64,000 nt of DNA from an uncultured Parachlamydiaceae bacterium (lineage in GTDB: Bacteria > Chlamydiota > Chlamydiia > Chlamydiales > Parachlamydiaceae): contig CAVVXH010000010.1 in the NCBI GenBank assembly GCA_963752155.1, positions 64,001 through 128,000 of the forward strand. The letters run 5' to 3'. Positions 1 to 10,036 of this stretch are shown piece by piece. Below the pieces are notes generated by a model that had not been told where the DNA came from, ran no database searches, and was given only the letters and a program-made list of their open reading frames with translations. A program made the position numbers and the translations under genes. Position 1 is the stretch's first letter. Every line of letters begins with the position of its first letter.

Positions 1-49
1 CATTCAAGGGTATAATGAAGCTAGACAAGGTAGACAGGAGGTGAGTTAA

Positions 50-151
50 CCTAAAGAGAACTTAGTGAGTTTTTTTAGAAATTCTCCCTTCTATGGAGTA
101 GAGCTTGATGTAGAACGAAATAAAGACGCTCCAAGGGAGATTGAATTCTAA
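50..151 (+). pseudogene. C-terminal remnant of a Phd/YefM-type antitoxin
   Basis: Manual translation gives PKENLVSFFRNSPFYGVELDVERNKDAPREIEF*, resembling Phd-family C-termini. It is preceded by an in-frame TAA at 47-49 and has no start codon. Confidence 0.45.
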
Positions 152-163
152 AATTTTTGACTA

Positions 164-580
164 TCACTCTTCCAAAAGCAAATAATAACTAATGTTTAAT
201 GCCTTAGCCAATTTCTTGGCCACTTTTTCGCCGACACCACGCTTCCCATTTTCAATTTTGGAAATTTCGTTTTGATGAACCCCGCTTTTCTTTGCTAATT
301 CTATCTGAGACATGTCCTCACGATATCTAGCGCCACGTAATACAATTCCGGCTTTTTTATATTTCTCAAGCCTCTCTTTTGCTAAAACTTCCCATGGGGT
401 CGCTTCCTCCCAAAGGTCTATGTCGCTTTCGGAAATATCTAACTCTTTCAAAAAAGAATTTAATTTTACGCTTGAAGAGGACGGGATGTGATAAAGCATT
501 TCTTTGCCATCAGGCATTCCAACCTTTACATCAATATAAGAAGGTTCTTCAGTATGGTGCGCCCTCATGTGTGCCGACAT
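164..580 (-). CDS. XRE-family HTH protein, HigA-like antitoxin
   Basis: C-terminal HTH_3 motif (LRGARYREDMSQIELAKKSGVHQNEISKIENGKR). Overlaps the upstream toxin gene. Confidence 0.85.
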   Translation of the reverse strand: MSAHMRAHHTEEPSYIDVKVGMPDGKEMLYHIPSSSSVKLNSFLKELDISESDIDLWEEATPWEVLAKERLEKYKKAGIVLRGARYREDMSQIELAKKSGVHQNEISKIENGKRGVGEKVAKKLAKALNISYYLLLEE

Positions 581-848
581 AATAAATCTCTATTTGTTTA
601 AGTTTATAATCAAGAACGGTCCAACAAGCGATATAAGTAGGTTTACCTTTCTTCAGATGACAATGATAAGTATTTTTGGATAATAATCCGTAGTTAGGCC
701 AGTTAGTCCTTTCGGGACCATCTTTTTTTAATTCCAAAGCCAATAAGTCAATAACATCATTGATGGGTGGTCGGGATCCACTTTGTTTCAACTTTAGGTA
801 CTGCTTGTCTGCTTTTTTTGAAAAGCGAACAGACCACTCTCTAACCAT
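549..848 (-). CDS. RelE/HigB-superfamily toxin
   Basis: 99 aa basic protein (WSVRFSKKADKQY...IEIYYVGTHE) lying upstream of the HTH antitoxin, in toxin-first HigBA order. Confidence 0.75.
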   Translation of the reverse strand: MVREWSVRFSKKADKQYLKLKQSGSRPPINDVIDLLALELKKDGPERTNWPNYGLLSKNTYHCHLKKGKPTYIACWTVLDYKLKQIEIYYVGTHEGAPY

Positions 849-941
849 TTTGGTCCTTTAAAGTTCATAATAGCACATGTAACGCCATATGGCAATAAGA
901 AAAATCAAATGTTCCACTTTTTCGTGCTTGTGTCCGAAAAA

Positions 942-2396
942 TTAACTGGAATTGCTGTCAAATGGTTCTTCTAGTAGATCTCTCAGATCTACAATTCGGT
1001 AAAGTAATGGGCTCTCTTCTATTTTCGATGAAACTCCTCCTATATGAAAAAGAGCGATGACTTTACCATATCCTTTGGGCGTTGATAAGATCTCAGATTT
1101 TTCTTTTAGTTCTTGTAGAATAGAAGAACTCAATTCATTCTTACTAAATTTGAATTCACAAATAATTAGGCTATTCGTTTTTGTTTGAATTAAGTAATCA
1201 ATTTGACAGCCTTTTCTCCTTGAAGTTGCGGTTTGAATGAATGGATTGTCGCGAATAATCATCGCTGGGTCGAAGCCTAAGGTATGAAACAAAAATTCTC
1301 TATTGGAGAGCAGAAGGCTTTCAAGCTGAAAACCCATAATAGAATCCCAACCAGGAAGTTGCCCTGTGGCAGCTTTTCGATAAGATCCCTGTTCAATAAG
1401 CTCCCTGTGAGGTTCTACGTATTTTAATTGAAAACGGAGAAAACAATCGCTAAGTCGATAAAGTTTTTGTTTTCCGATCGTACCATTCTTAAAGGACCAT
1501 TGATAATGTTCGGTGATAAAACCTGCAGCAACTAAATTTTTTAAATACTCACTTAATGTTCCACCCTCTTCTAATTTTAAAAGCTCGCGTATTTCTTTTT
1601 GTGTTTCCATTCCGTTAATTAAAACTTGCAGGATTTTGCGGTATGATTCTCCTTTACGTTCAAATAGATCATGGAAAATTGTTTGGAATTCATTTACAAG
1701 TTGACTTGCTGGCTCGAAACAAAGCTCGTAAATATTTTGATCTGCAGTTCCTTTCGGATCTATTAAATCCAGATACCAAGGTATTCCTCCGGTGACAGAT
1801 AAAATCTTTAAAATCTCATAAATTGATCCGCGAAAACCCTTCTTTCTTAGAAAGAGTACTGACTCTTGAATGGATAAAGGTTTTAGATGGAGAACTAAAG
1901 CTATCCTACCAACAAATGCCGTGCTGTGTAAAATATTTTTCTCAATCCATGTCGAGATAGAACCACAAAGAATAAGTATGAGTCCTTGTTTTTTGCTAGC
2001 TTCTTGATCCCACCAGGTCTTTAGGGAACCTAAAAAACTTGGATCCAAGCCACCCATCCAAGAAATCTCATCGAATAGAACGATGATTTCTTCTTTCCCA
2101 ATGTGGGATCCTAGAAATCGGAATGCATCTGACCATGTAGAAAAGCTAACCCGAGGTAAGCCGAGTTGCACACAAAGTTGATCTCCAAATTCATCCCTTT
2201 GCTTTTGTTGAGTTATTCTGGGCGCAGGAAGAAGTCCCGAAATTGTAATAAACTTTTTATCTTTTGCAAATTCCTGCACAAGAGTACTTTTCCCCACTCT
2301 TCTTCGCCCTTTTATCACGACCAAACATGCTTTTTTTAGATGCCTTAGCCGTGATAAACGGTTGAGTTCAAGCTTTCTTCCTAAAAATAAACTCAT
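942..2396 (-). CDS. Archaeal-type AAA ATPase with winged HTH and C-terminal PD-(D/E)XK-like domain
   Basis: Walker A GRRRVGKS, Walker B FDEI, TGGIPWYL, C-terminal QIDYLI...ICEFK. Confidence 0.85.
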   Translation of the reverse strand: MSLFLGRKLELNRLSRLRHLKKACLVVIKGRRRVGKSTLVQEFAKDKKFITISGLLPAPRITQQKQRDEFGDQLCVQLGLPRVSFSTWSDAFRFLGSHIGKEEIIVLFDEISWMGGLDPSFLGSLKTWWDQEASKKQGLILILCGSISTWIEKNILHSTAFVGRIALVLHLKPLSIQESVLFLRKKGFRGSIYEILKILSVTGGIPWYLDLIDPKGTADQNIYELCFEPASQLVNEFQTIFHDLFERKGESYRKILQVLINGMETQKEIRELLKLEEGGTLSEYLKNLVAAGFITEHYQWSFKNGTIGKQKLYRLSDCFLRFQLKYVEPHRELIEQGSYRKAATGQLPGWDSIMGFQLESLLLSNREFLFHTLGFDPAMIIRDNPFIQTATSRRKGCQIDYLIQTKTNSLIICEFKFSKNELSSSILQELKEKSEILSTPKGYGKVIALFHIGGVSSKIEESPLLYRIVDLRDLLEEPFDSNSS

Positions 2397-2411
2397 TCTA
2401 TAATCTCCTAA

Positions 2412-2481
2412 TATCTACAGATGTATCATTTAGGAGAATTTAAGGTCAATTGCTAATCTCCTAAACGATGCATTTGCAGAT
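2412..2481. promoter_or_regulatory. Imperfect ~27-bp inverted repeat between divergent ATPase genes (putative operator)
   Basis: atctacagatgtatcatttaggagaatt is nearly the reverse complement of aatctcctaaacgatgcatttgcagat. Confidence 0.4.
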
Positions 2482-2526
2482 TTTTTTTCCCTAGTTGTAA
2501 AAATTGTGTTGAGTTAAACTGAGTCT

Positions 2527-4086
2527 ATGAAAAAGAGAGTTTTCAGAATTGCAGGACCGCTAGATCCTAATCTTCATTATTTTGTTCCAAATCGACTTGA
2601 TTTGGTGGTAATGGACCGCTTGATTCGTAATGGAGAATATTTCGTTCTGCATGCCCCAAGACAGAGTGGAAAGACGACGGCTATTTTAGAATTTTGCCGC
2701 CATTTGATAGCCCAAGGCACTTACAATGTCTTATATGTTAATATTGAAGCTGCACAGGCAGCGCTTGGAAATATCAAAGAAGGGCTTCTAACAATATTGA
2801 ACGTCTTATTGTCTGCTATTCGAAATCAATTGCCGGAAGAAAAGAGTGTCATCGAATTCCTTGAAAAAAGAGTTGGCGGTTTAGTTCCTGTAGACATGAA
2901 TTCTTTAAATAATGCTTTAGAGCATCTTGCAAAGCATTCATCAAAACCTGTTGTGTTGTTAATCGATGAGATTGACGCTTTGATTGGTGATACGTTGTTA
3001 TCTGTATTGCGACAAATCCGTGCAGGATTTAGTAATGCACCAAAACTATTTCCTCATGCCTTGTGCTTGATAGGTTTGCGCGATGTGCGAGATTATCGAA
3101 TTTGGTCCAAAGTAGAAGGCAGGAATATTTCGACAAGTAGTCCTTTTAATATAAAATCTGAGTCTTTACTTCTTTCTAATTTTACTTTAGATGAAATTGA
3201 TGCTCTTTATGCCCAACACACCGAGGAGACGGGTCAAACGTTTACACCTGAAGCATTGGAATATGTATATTACTTGACAGAAGGACAACCCTGGTTAGTC
3301 AATGCGTTAGCGTATCAAGCTTGTTATCGTGATGTCGAAGATGCTCTTCAACCGATCACGAAAGCGATTATTGAACGTGCAAAAGAGGCGTTAATTAAGA
3401 GAAGAGATACTCATATCGATAGCTTATTTGACAAATTAAATGAAGAGCGCATTTATCCCATTATCGAAGCGATTATTACTGGTGAAACTGATCCCGGTAA
3501 AATTCAGTTCGATGATTTGCAATATATACGCGATCTAGGGCTAGTCCGGAAAGATAGGTTAGAGATCGCTAATCCGATTTATCGAGAAATTATTCCTCGA
3601 GAACTAACCGCAGTATCGTCAGAGTTAATGATACAATCTAGCGCCCCCTTTATAAGGGCAGATTCCAGTTTAGATACTGTTGCCTTGGTGCAAGCTTTTA
3701 TAGATTTCTATCGCGAAAATTCGGCCGTATGGCTTGAGAAATTTATCTATAAAGAAGCAGGGCCCCATTTACTTATGATGGCCTTTCTTCAACGTGTGAT
3801 CAATGGTGGCGGTACTATACAACGTGAATATGCTTTAGGAACAGGTCGTGTAGATATTTTGATTAGATGGAAGAAGCAAATAATAGTGATTGAATTAAAA
3901 ATTTATCATAGGCCTAGTACCATTTCCGAAGGTTTGCAACAAATAGCTAAGTATATGGATATCTCTTCTGCAGCTGAAGGGCATTTAATTCTTTTTGATC
4001 GTGATCCTCATAAATCTTGGGATGAAAAAATATCCTATATTCCTGAAAATTTGAATGGAAAATTAATTCATATTTGGTGTTGTTAA
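2527..4086 (+). CDS. AAA-family ATPase with C-terminal PD-(D/E)XK nuclease-like domain
   Basis: Walker A APRQSGKT, Walker B LIDEID, GQPWLVNAL, C-terminal GRVDILI...VIELK. Confidence 0.85.
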   Translation: MKKRVFRIAGPLDPNLHYFVPNRLDLVVMDRLIRNGEYFVLHAPRQSGKTTAILEFCRHLIAQGTYNVLYVNIEAAQAALGNIKEGLLTILNVLLSAIRNQLPEEKSVIEFLEKRVGGLVPVDMNSLNNALEHLAKHSSKPVVLLIDEIDALIGDTLLSVLRQIRAGFSNAPKLFPHALCLIGLRDVRDYRIWSKVEGRNISTSSPFNIKSESLLLSNFTLDEIDALYAQHTEETGQTFTPEALEYVYYLTEGQPWLVNALAYQACYRDVEDALQPITKAIIERAKEALIKRRDTHIDSLFDKLNEERIYPIIEAIITGETDPGKIQFDDLQYIRDLGLVRKDRLEIANPIYREIIPRELTAVSSELMIQSSAPFIRADSSLDTVALVQAFIDFYRENSAVWLEKFIYKEAGPHLLMMAFLQRVINGGGTIQREYALGTGRVDILIRWKKQIIVIELKIYHRPSTISEGLQQIAKYMDISSAAEGHLILFDRDPHKSWDEKISYIPENLNGKLIHIWCC

Positions 4087-4180
4087 GCTTGCTCAGTATT
4101 GGAAAGTATGAGAGACTTTTTCTATTATCAGATCAAATGACCTCTATCGCGGTCTAGGTATTAATAGGAGAACCTAAAGT

Positions 4181-5299
4181 ATGAAAAAATTGACCTGTAC
4201 CATCCCTGGAAAACAAGTCTCTTATGATATAGAGATGCAAATGGATCTCTTGGATCAACCAAAATTTCTTGCTGATCGTCTAGCCAAACTTGGATCGCGT
4301 TTTGCTATTATAACAAATGCGAATATGGCAGGTTTACATGGGGAAAGATTGAAGAAATCTTTGTCCGAAGCTGGATTAGAGTGGGCTTCCTTTACCTTTC
4401 CATCTGGAGAGCAACATAAAACGCGTTTAATCAAAGAAGAACTGGAAAATCAGTTATTTGAGCAAGGTTTTGGGCGAGATAGTTGTGTTATTGCACTAGG
4501 AGGTGGAGTTGTAACGGATCTTGCTGGATTTCTTGCGGCTACGTATTGTCGTGGAGTTTCTTTGGTCATGATGCCGACTTCTCTTTTAGGGATGGTGGAT
4601 GCGAGTATCGGAGGAAAGACTGGGGTAGATGTCCCTTATGGAAAAAATTTGATAGGAGCTATTTATCAGCCGAAAAAAGTGTTGATCGATCTCTCTACTT
4701 TGCGAACTCTGCCTGTAAGAGAACTTCGCAATGGGGTTGTAGAAATGATCAAGCATGGATTGATTATAGATTCAGCTTATTTTGACTATCTTGATAGGCA
4801 TGCAAAAGAACTTTTGGAATTAAATCCTGAAGTGCTTCAAAAAGTAATTTATGAAAGCTGTCGCATTAAAAAGGAAGTGGTGGAGAGCGATGAAAGAGAA
4901 AGTGGAAAGCGTCACTTGTTGAATTTTGGTCATACCATTGGGCATGCTCTGGAGCATCTTACGCACTATTCAATTGCGCATGGTGAAGCCGTGGCTATTG
5001 GCTTGTTAGTAGAAAGCCATCTTTCAGTCCAACTGGGGTTGTTAGATCAGGTTGACTTCGACAGAACCATAGGTGTTTTAAGGAAATATGGATTGCCATT
5101 GCAATTGCCAAAGCGTTTTTCGAATAAGGAGATGCTTGATGTCATGGCTCTCGATAAAAAATCGCTTAAAGGCAATCCGAGATTTGTGATGATTAACGGT
5201 ATTGGCTCTTCAGTAGAATGTGATGGAGCTTATTGTATGCCTGTAGAGGAAAAGATTCTTTTGAATGCTTTAGATTGGATGTCCTCCTTGAATAAATAG
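4181..5299 (+). CDS. aroB: 3-dehydroquinate synthase
   Basis: Motifs ALGGGVVTDLAGF, DASIGGKTG, KNLIGA, LNFGHTIGHALE and HGEAV. Confidence 0.96.
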   Translation: MKKLTCTIPGKQVSYDIEMQMDLLDQPKFLADRLAKLGSRFAIITNANMAGLHGERLKKSLSEAGLEWASFTFPSGEQHKTRLIKEELENQLFEQGFGRDSCVIALGGGVVTDLAGFLAATYCRGVSLVMMPTSLLGMVDASIGGKTGVDVPYGKNLIGAIYQPKKVLIDLSTLRTLPVRELRNGVVEMIKHGLIIDSAYFDYLDRHAKELLELNPEVLQKVIYESCRIKKEVVESDERESGKRHLLNFGHTIGHALEHLTHYSIAHGEAVAIGLLVESHLSVQLGLLDQVDFDRTIGVLRKYGLPLQLPKRFSNKEMLDVMALDKKSLKGNPRFVMINGIGSSVECDGAYCMPVEEKILLNALDWMSSLNK

Positions 5300-5311
5300 T
5301 TGTCTGTCTGC

Positions 5312-6673
5312 TTATCGGCTAAGGGATCGGATAGCGACTTGAGCTTCTTTAGCATGATCGATGATCGGTGTAGGGTAATTTGGACAAAGAGACCGATTTT
5401 TCTCAAGATACCATTTGTGAATGATTTGTGAAGGGAGCGAACTAAGTTCCGGCACCCACTTTTTGATGTATTGACAATTCAGATCAAACTTTTTAGCCTG
5501 TAGCCACGGATTAAAAATACGGAAATAAGGTTGTGCATCGCAGCCGGTGCTTGCAGCCCATTGCCAATTCCCATTATTCACAGCAGGATCGTAGTCGATT
5601 AAGTGCTGAGCAAAATATTTCTCTCCCCATTGCCAGTTCACATGCAAATCTTTGACAAGAAAGCTGGCCGTAATCATCCTTACACGGTTATGCATAAAGC
5701 CTGTCTGATTGAGCTCTCTCATTCCTGCATCGACGATTGGAAACCCCGTGCTCCCTTGACACCATGCATTGAACTTTTCTTCGTCATTTTGCCAAATCAC
5801 ATTGTTGAATCTCTCTTTAAAAGCTCCGGTGAATACATGTGGAAAATGAAAACCAATTAATGTGAAAAAATCTCGCCAATATAACGACCTAATGAGTTCA
5901 GAATGGGTACCTAAATGATTGATAATCGCGTAATAGACTTCTCTTGTAGAGCATGTGTTAAATTTCAAATGCGCGGATAAATGAGTGGTTTTATCTTGTG
6001 AAGGGAAATCTCTTTCAGAGGCATATAAGGAAAAATTTCGTAAGTGGTTTAGAATGTTGATTCCTTCCTCTCTTCCTCCGGGAAACTGAACTTCTCTTTT
6101 TTTGAGAATTTTATGATAGAGGGTTGAATCTTTTGCGAAAGGGATCGGCTTATTGTAGTAGCTATGACGAAGACTTTCTGTCGGTTTGCACACATCAGAT
6201 TTAGATGCGTTATGATAAAAGGGTGTGAAGATTGTATATGGCTGAAAATCTCTTTTAAGCGTTTCTTTGATCGGATGCAAAAGAAGGTCGTGAGTTGGTT
6301 GAAAGGGGATAGAGTGTTCATTGCAAACCTTCTCTATTTTATGATCTCTACGGATACTATAAGGAGAGTAATCGTGATTAACAAACACCCCTTCTACATG
6401 CAGTGTTTCGATGCATTTTTGGACAACCTCCTCAGGATTTCCATAAAAGAGATAGAGTTTTCCCTTATGTTTAGAGATATCGGCTTCTAAATCTTCTAAT
6501 GACTCGATCATAAATTGAAGGCAGCGGTCGCTTCTGTAAGGGTTCATTTCAATTTGTTCGGGAGTAAAGATAAAGGAAAGAATCACTTCTTCAGCAGATT
6601 TTAAAGCAGCTATGAGGCCTCGATTATCTTGTAAACGTAGATCTCTTCGAAAAATAAATAGTGCACGTTTCAT
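5312..6673 (-). CDS. phrB: Deoxyribodipyrimidine photolyase (class I/III CPD photolyase-cryptochrome family)
   Basis: Motifs FRRDLRLQDN, TGFPIVDAGMREL, MHNRVRM, DYDPAVNNGNWQW and FRIFNP. Confidence 0.92.
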   Translation of the reverse strand: MKRALFIFRRDLRLQDNRGLIAALKSAEEVILSFIFTPEQIEMNPYRSDRCLQFMIESLEDLEADISKHKGKLYLFYGNPEEVVQKCIETLHVEGVFVNHDYSPYSIRRDHKIEKVCNEHSIPFQPTHDLLLHPIKETLKRDFQPYTIFTPFYHNASKSDVCKPTESLRHSYYNKPIPFAKDSTLYHKILKKREVQFPGGREEGINILNHLRNFSLYASERDFPSQDKTTHLSAHLKFNTCSTREVYYAIINHLGTHSELIRSLYWRDFFTLIGFHFPHVFTGAFKERFNNVIWQNDEEKFNAWCQGSTGFPIVDAGMRELNQTGFMHNRVRMITASFLVKDLHVNWQWGEKYFAQHLIDYDPAVNNGNWQWAASTGCDAQPYFRIFNPWLQAKKFDLNCQYIKKWVPELSSLPSQIIHKWYLEKNRSLCPNYPTPIIDHAKEAQVAIRSLSR

Positions 6674-6703
6674 GATAGGCCTATAATTAGCTGCCCGAAA
6701 AAT

Positions 6704-6771
6704 TTCCTCCTCTGTGTTCTCTGTGATCTCTGTGGTAGATTTTTTTTACCACAGAGAACACAGAGGAGGAA
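6704..6771. repeat. REP-like palindromic hairpin (ctctgtg/cacagag type)
   Basis: ttcctcctctgtgttctctgtg...accacagagaacacagaggaggaa form inverted arms. Confidence 0.7.
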
Positions 6772-6813
6772 TAATTGAGCGAAAGTTTCTCGTGTACAGG
6801 TGAACATAGCCGA

Positions 6814-8574
6814 TTAATCAACATTAGCAATCGCTTGCATAACCTCTTGTTCGAAGTGGTCTGGAAGTGAATAAATATAATTGTTCTTCTTATAGCAAAG
6901 TAAAATGGCGTTTCTTATTTTCTCTGTTATAAGTATAGAATCAGTTAAAGGAGATTTTTCAGTCAGTTTTTTAAAGCATGATTTTTTAGTTTCAACCACT
7001 TGTGAGAAAAGAACCGCCACTTGTTTCAACACATCTGTATAGTGAGGATCTATTCGATGTGCAGCTAGTAAATCTAAAGGTTTAATTGGGACCTCTTGTG
7101 TGCCATTAATAACCATATGTTCATACATAGTTGTAATTGATTTCATCTTTTCAGTATAGAACAAAATTGAGCGTAGAAGATAATTATGCACCCATTGATT
7201 GCCCTTAGCAAAATCTTTAATGAATTGAACAATAGTATTGTATTTAAAAGTACCTTCAGTAAACACCTTAGTGCATTTTAATTGTCCATTTTGATTAATC
7301 GTGATATGCTTAGGATGAAGATTATCTGGCGTTTTGTTCTGTTCAATGCACCATTGTAATAGTTTCATTATCGGATCTAGCCGTAGCCTATCTTTGGGTA
7401 AAATCTTTGGGCTTAAGCTCTTCCACGTATAATGATTGATATATTCTCCTATCTTCTCGATAATGGCAAATCGTCCCTTAGGATCTATATCGACATATTT
7501 CGCCGATCTCAGAGCGCAACTCTGTTGCTCGTATATATGTTTTGTTAACACATGATGAGAACAGTTAAGTCCTACTGACAAAACGATGGATGGATTATTC
7601 TCTATGGCAAAGATTATACGGCCATTGTTTTTTAATGGACTTTTTCTTCCTAATTGTTCTCCCAAAATAAATTTACGACCATTGCAACTGATCTCTAGCC
7701 CTGGTTTTAAAGACCGTCCCCATTCAAGAAGCTTCTCATCTTCTTTAGAGAACATCACACATCCTTTTAAATGAAGGGCTGTAAATAATTTTTCTAAACT
7801 TACTTTATGTGTGAAGTTCGTGTTGTTATTTAAATTTTCAAAGACTTCTATAAAACGTCTTAAAGCTTTATCAAAGGTGCGTATAGTGACATTGCACTTA
7901 TTTTTGTTAAGTTTACGGATGATTCTTTTTAATTCTCTTTTTTCTATGTAATTTGGCTCTTGAGCACTTGCTAATTTAAAAAAGAGTGAGAGTGGGAGAA
8001 TCTCTTCAAGGAGTGTTTCGTAAGTGATAATTTTATAAAATCGACGTAAGGAAGTTGTTTTTTTACTGAATTGTAAACAAAAGAATAATTTTGAGAGGGA
8101 TTTGTCTTTTTCACATTGATTTTTGATCCATTTTACAACTCGTGTAGACTCGGGAGTTTTAAGGAATTGTGCCCATTGACATGTTGCAGATTGCCACTTT
8201 ATTAGCGTTAATCGACTTTTTTGAAAATGAGTCTCAATTAAAGAATCTTTGATTTGTGTGTCTTTCAAAACTTCAGTATAATTGATTTGAGCTCCGAGAG
8301 CCTTCTTTCGTAAATCAAAAAAGAGTTCTTGCGTATATTTAATGGCTGATTGTAGTTTTATTTGTTTTGCTTCTGGGTATCCAAAATAGGGAGTCATGTT
8401 GTATACAATCGACCAAAAGTATCCGATATAGCTCTGGTTTGGATTGTAAAGATAAGTTCCACTCCAGTTTGCAACGAGTTCGCTTGGCTGGGGATGGGCC
8501 GGGTCCTGCATTTGTTGATCATAGGCGAGGTCAGAGAGTCTTCGAAGATTATTTTCAAGATAGTCAAAAGTCAC
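6814..8574 (-). CDS. Hypothetical protein with possible degenerate protein-kinase-like C-terminal half
   Basis: 586 aa ORF. FILGEQLG and NLHPKHITINQNGQLKCT resemble the kinase beta-1 strand and catalytic loop, but HRD and DFG are absent. Confidence 0.6.
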   Translation of the reverse strand: MTFDYLENNLRRLSDLAYDQQMQDPAHPQPSELVANWSGTYLYNPNQSYIGYFWSIVYNMTPYFGYPEAKQIKLQSAIKYTQELFFDLRKKALGAQINYTEVLKDTQIKDSLIETHFQKSRLTLIKWQSATCQWAQFLKTPESTRVVKWIKNQCEKDKSLSKLFFCLQFSKKTTSLRRFYKIITYETLLEEILPLSLFFKLASAQEPNYIEKRELKRIIRKLNKNKCNVTIRTFDKALRRFIEVFENLNNNTNFTHKVSLEKLFTALHLKGCVMFSKEDEKLLEWGRSLKPGLEISCNGRKFILGEQLGRKSPLKNNGRIIFAIENNPSIVLSVGLNCSHHVLTKHIYEQQSCALRSAKYVDIDPKGRFAIIEKIGEYINHYTWKSLSPKILPKDRLRLDPIMKLLQWCIEQNKTPDNLHPKHITINQNGQLKCTKVFTEGTFKYNTIVQFIKDFAKGNQWVHNYLLRSILFYTEKMKSITTMYEHMVINGTQEVPIKPLDLLAAHRIDPHYTDVLKQVAVLFSQVVETKKSCFKKLTEKSPLTDSILITEKIRNAILLCYKKNNYIYSLPDHFEQEVMQAIANVD

Positions 8575-9434
8575 AATGTTTTCTCCTTCAAATTTAATAG
8601 ATGATAAAAAGAGTCTGGTAAAGGTGAAGTAAAACGCAAAGATTTACCTGTTAAAGGATGGATAAACCCAAGAGTATGTGCATGTAGAGCTAGGCGTTTA
8701 ATCGGATTGCATTTGGAGCCGTACTTTTTATCACCAACGATGGGATATCCTGCTTCTTGGCAGTGCACGCGGATCTGATTTTTTTTGCCTGTTTCAAGAG
8801 TGAGTTCCAGTAAAGTATATCCTTTACTTTTAGTTTTTACATTGAAATGTGTGACGGCAAGCTCTCCTTTAGAAGGATCTTGGGTTACTCTAACGATATA
8901 ATTGGGATCGTCGTATAGATAACTTTGCCAAGTCCCTTTTTGTTCAGGGAAAGCTCCTTCAACAATAGCTATATAGCGTCTTTCGATATCATGTTTTTCG
9001 AAGATTTTTTTTAATTTTTCAAGAGCTTGTTCATTTAGAGCAAAGAGCATAACGCCGGATGTGTCTTGGTCAAGACGGTGAACGACGTGTACTGTTCGCG
9101 GATAGTATTTGCGCTTTAGATAAGCAAATGCTGTTTCGGTCTTTTCAAAAGCAGTGGAAACACTTAGAAGTCCGACAGGTTTTTCTATGACCACAAAGGA
9201 ATCGTCACTGTAGAGGATAGGAAAAGTGTTTTCGACTAAACGAGTTTTTGAAGAAATGGAAATCAGTTGCCCTTTGGCAATTTTGCACTTTAGAGATTTT
9301 GCTGTTGATCCATCGACAGAAATGCGTCCGGAAGAGACCCAAGAGCGAAGGGTGGACTTGGAACTATCTGGAAAAAGGGTTGCAAGAGCCTCTAAAAGCT
9401 CTAAATCATCGGGACAGGAATAGTCTTGGCTCAT
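8571..9434 (-). CDS. RluA/RluD-family RNA pseudouridine synthase
   Basis: S4-like N-terminus, VHRLDQDTSG, LETGKKNQIRVH, PIVGDKKYG and LALHA. Confidence 0.93.
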   Translation of the reverse strand: MSQDYSCPDDLELLEALATLFPDSSKSTLRSWVSSGRISVDGSTAKSLKCKIAKGQLISISSKTRLVENTFPILYSDDSFVVIEKPVGLLSVSTAFEKTETAFAYLKRKYYPRTVHVVHRLDQDTSGVMLFALNEQALEKLKKIFEKHDIERRYIAIVEGAFPEQKGTWQSYLYDDPNYIVRVTQDPSKGELAVTHFNVKTKSKGYTLLELTLETGKKNQIRVHCQEAGYPIVGDKKYGSKCNPIKRLALHAHTLGFIHPLTGKSLRFTSPLPDSFYHLLNLKEKTL

Positions 9435-10030
9435 TTAATATTTCGGGAGTTAGAGATAATCGATAAAAAATATTCATGCAAAGCGGTATTTTTTAAACTT
9501 AGCTCTGAATGAAAAGTGGCTCCTAAATGAAGGCCTTGACGTACAAGAACAGGTTCTTCCCCATGCGTAGCAAGAATTTTAACGTCTGGACCGCAATGTT
9601 TAATGCGTGGAGCTCTTATAAAAAAAGCGTGAGTTGTGCAGGATAACGATGAAATCTTTATTTCAGTAGCAAATGATTCGATTTGGCGCCCATAAGCATT
9701 TCTTTCTATGACAATATCTAGTAATCCTAAAGAGGGTGTAGGTGGATTTAGGACTTCTTTACTCATCAAAATGATTCCCGCGCAAGTTCCAAAAATCGGC
9801 TTTGTTTTTGCAAATTCCAACAATGGTTCTACGAGTTCAATGTAATGGAGCTGTCGAAGTATTGTTGTGGATTCACCCCCTGGAATGATCAAACCATTGC
9901 AAAAAAGCAATTCTTCCGGTGTGCGCACTTGTAGTGTGGCGATTCCTAGGGATTTTAAAACTTCCTGGTGTTTAGCAAAAGCTCCTTGCAAGGCTAATAC
10001 GCCAACTGTTAGAGGTGGATGAGTGGACAT
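9431..10030 (-). CDS. pdxT: PLP synthase glutaminase subunit
   Basis: Motifs GVLALQGAF, IPGGESTT, GTCAG, RNAYGRQ, FIRAP and FHSEL. Confidence 0.95.
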   Translation of the reverse strand: MSTHPPLTVGVLALQGAFAKHQEVLKSLGIATLQVRTPEELLFCNGLIIPGGESTTILRQLHYIELVEPLLEFAKTKPIFGTCAGIILMSKEVLNPPTPSLGLLDIVIERNAYGRQIESFATEIKISSLSCTTHAFFIRAPRIKHCGPDVKILATHGEEPVLVRQGLHLGATFHSELSLKNTALHEYFLSIISNSRNIK

Positions 10031-10036
10031 TGTGCC

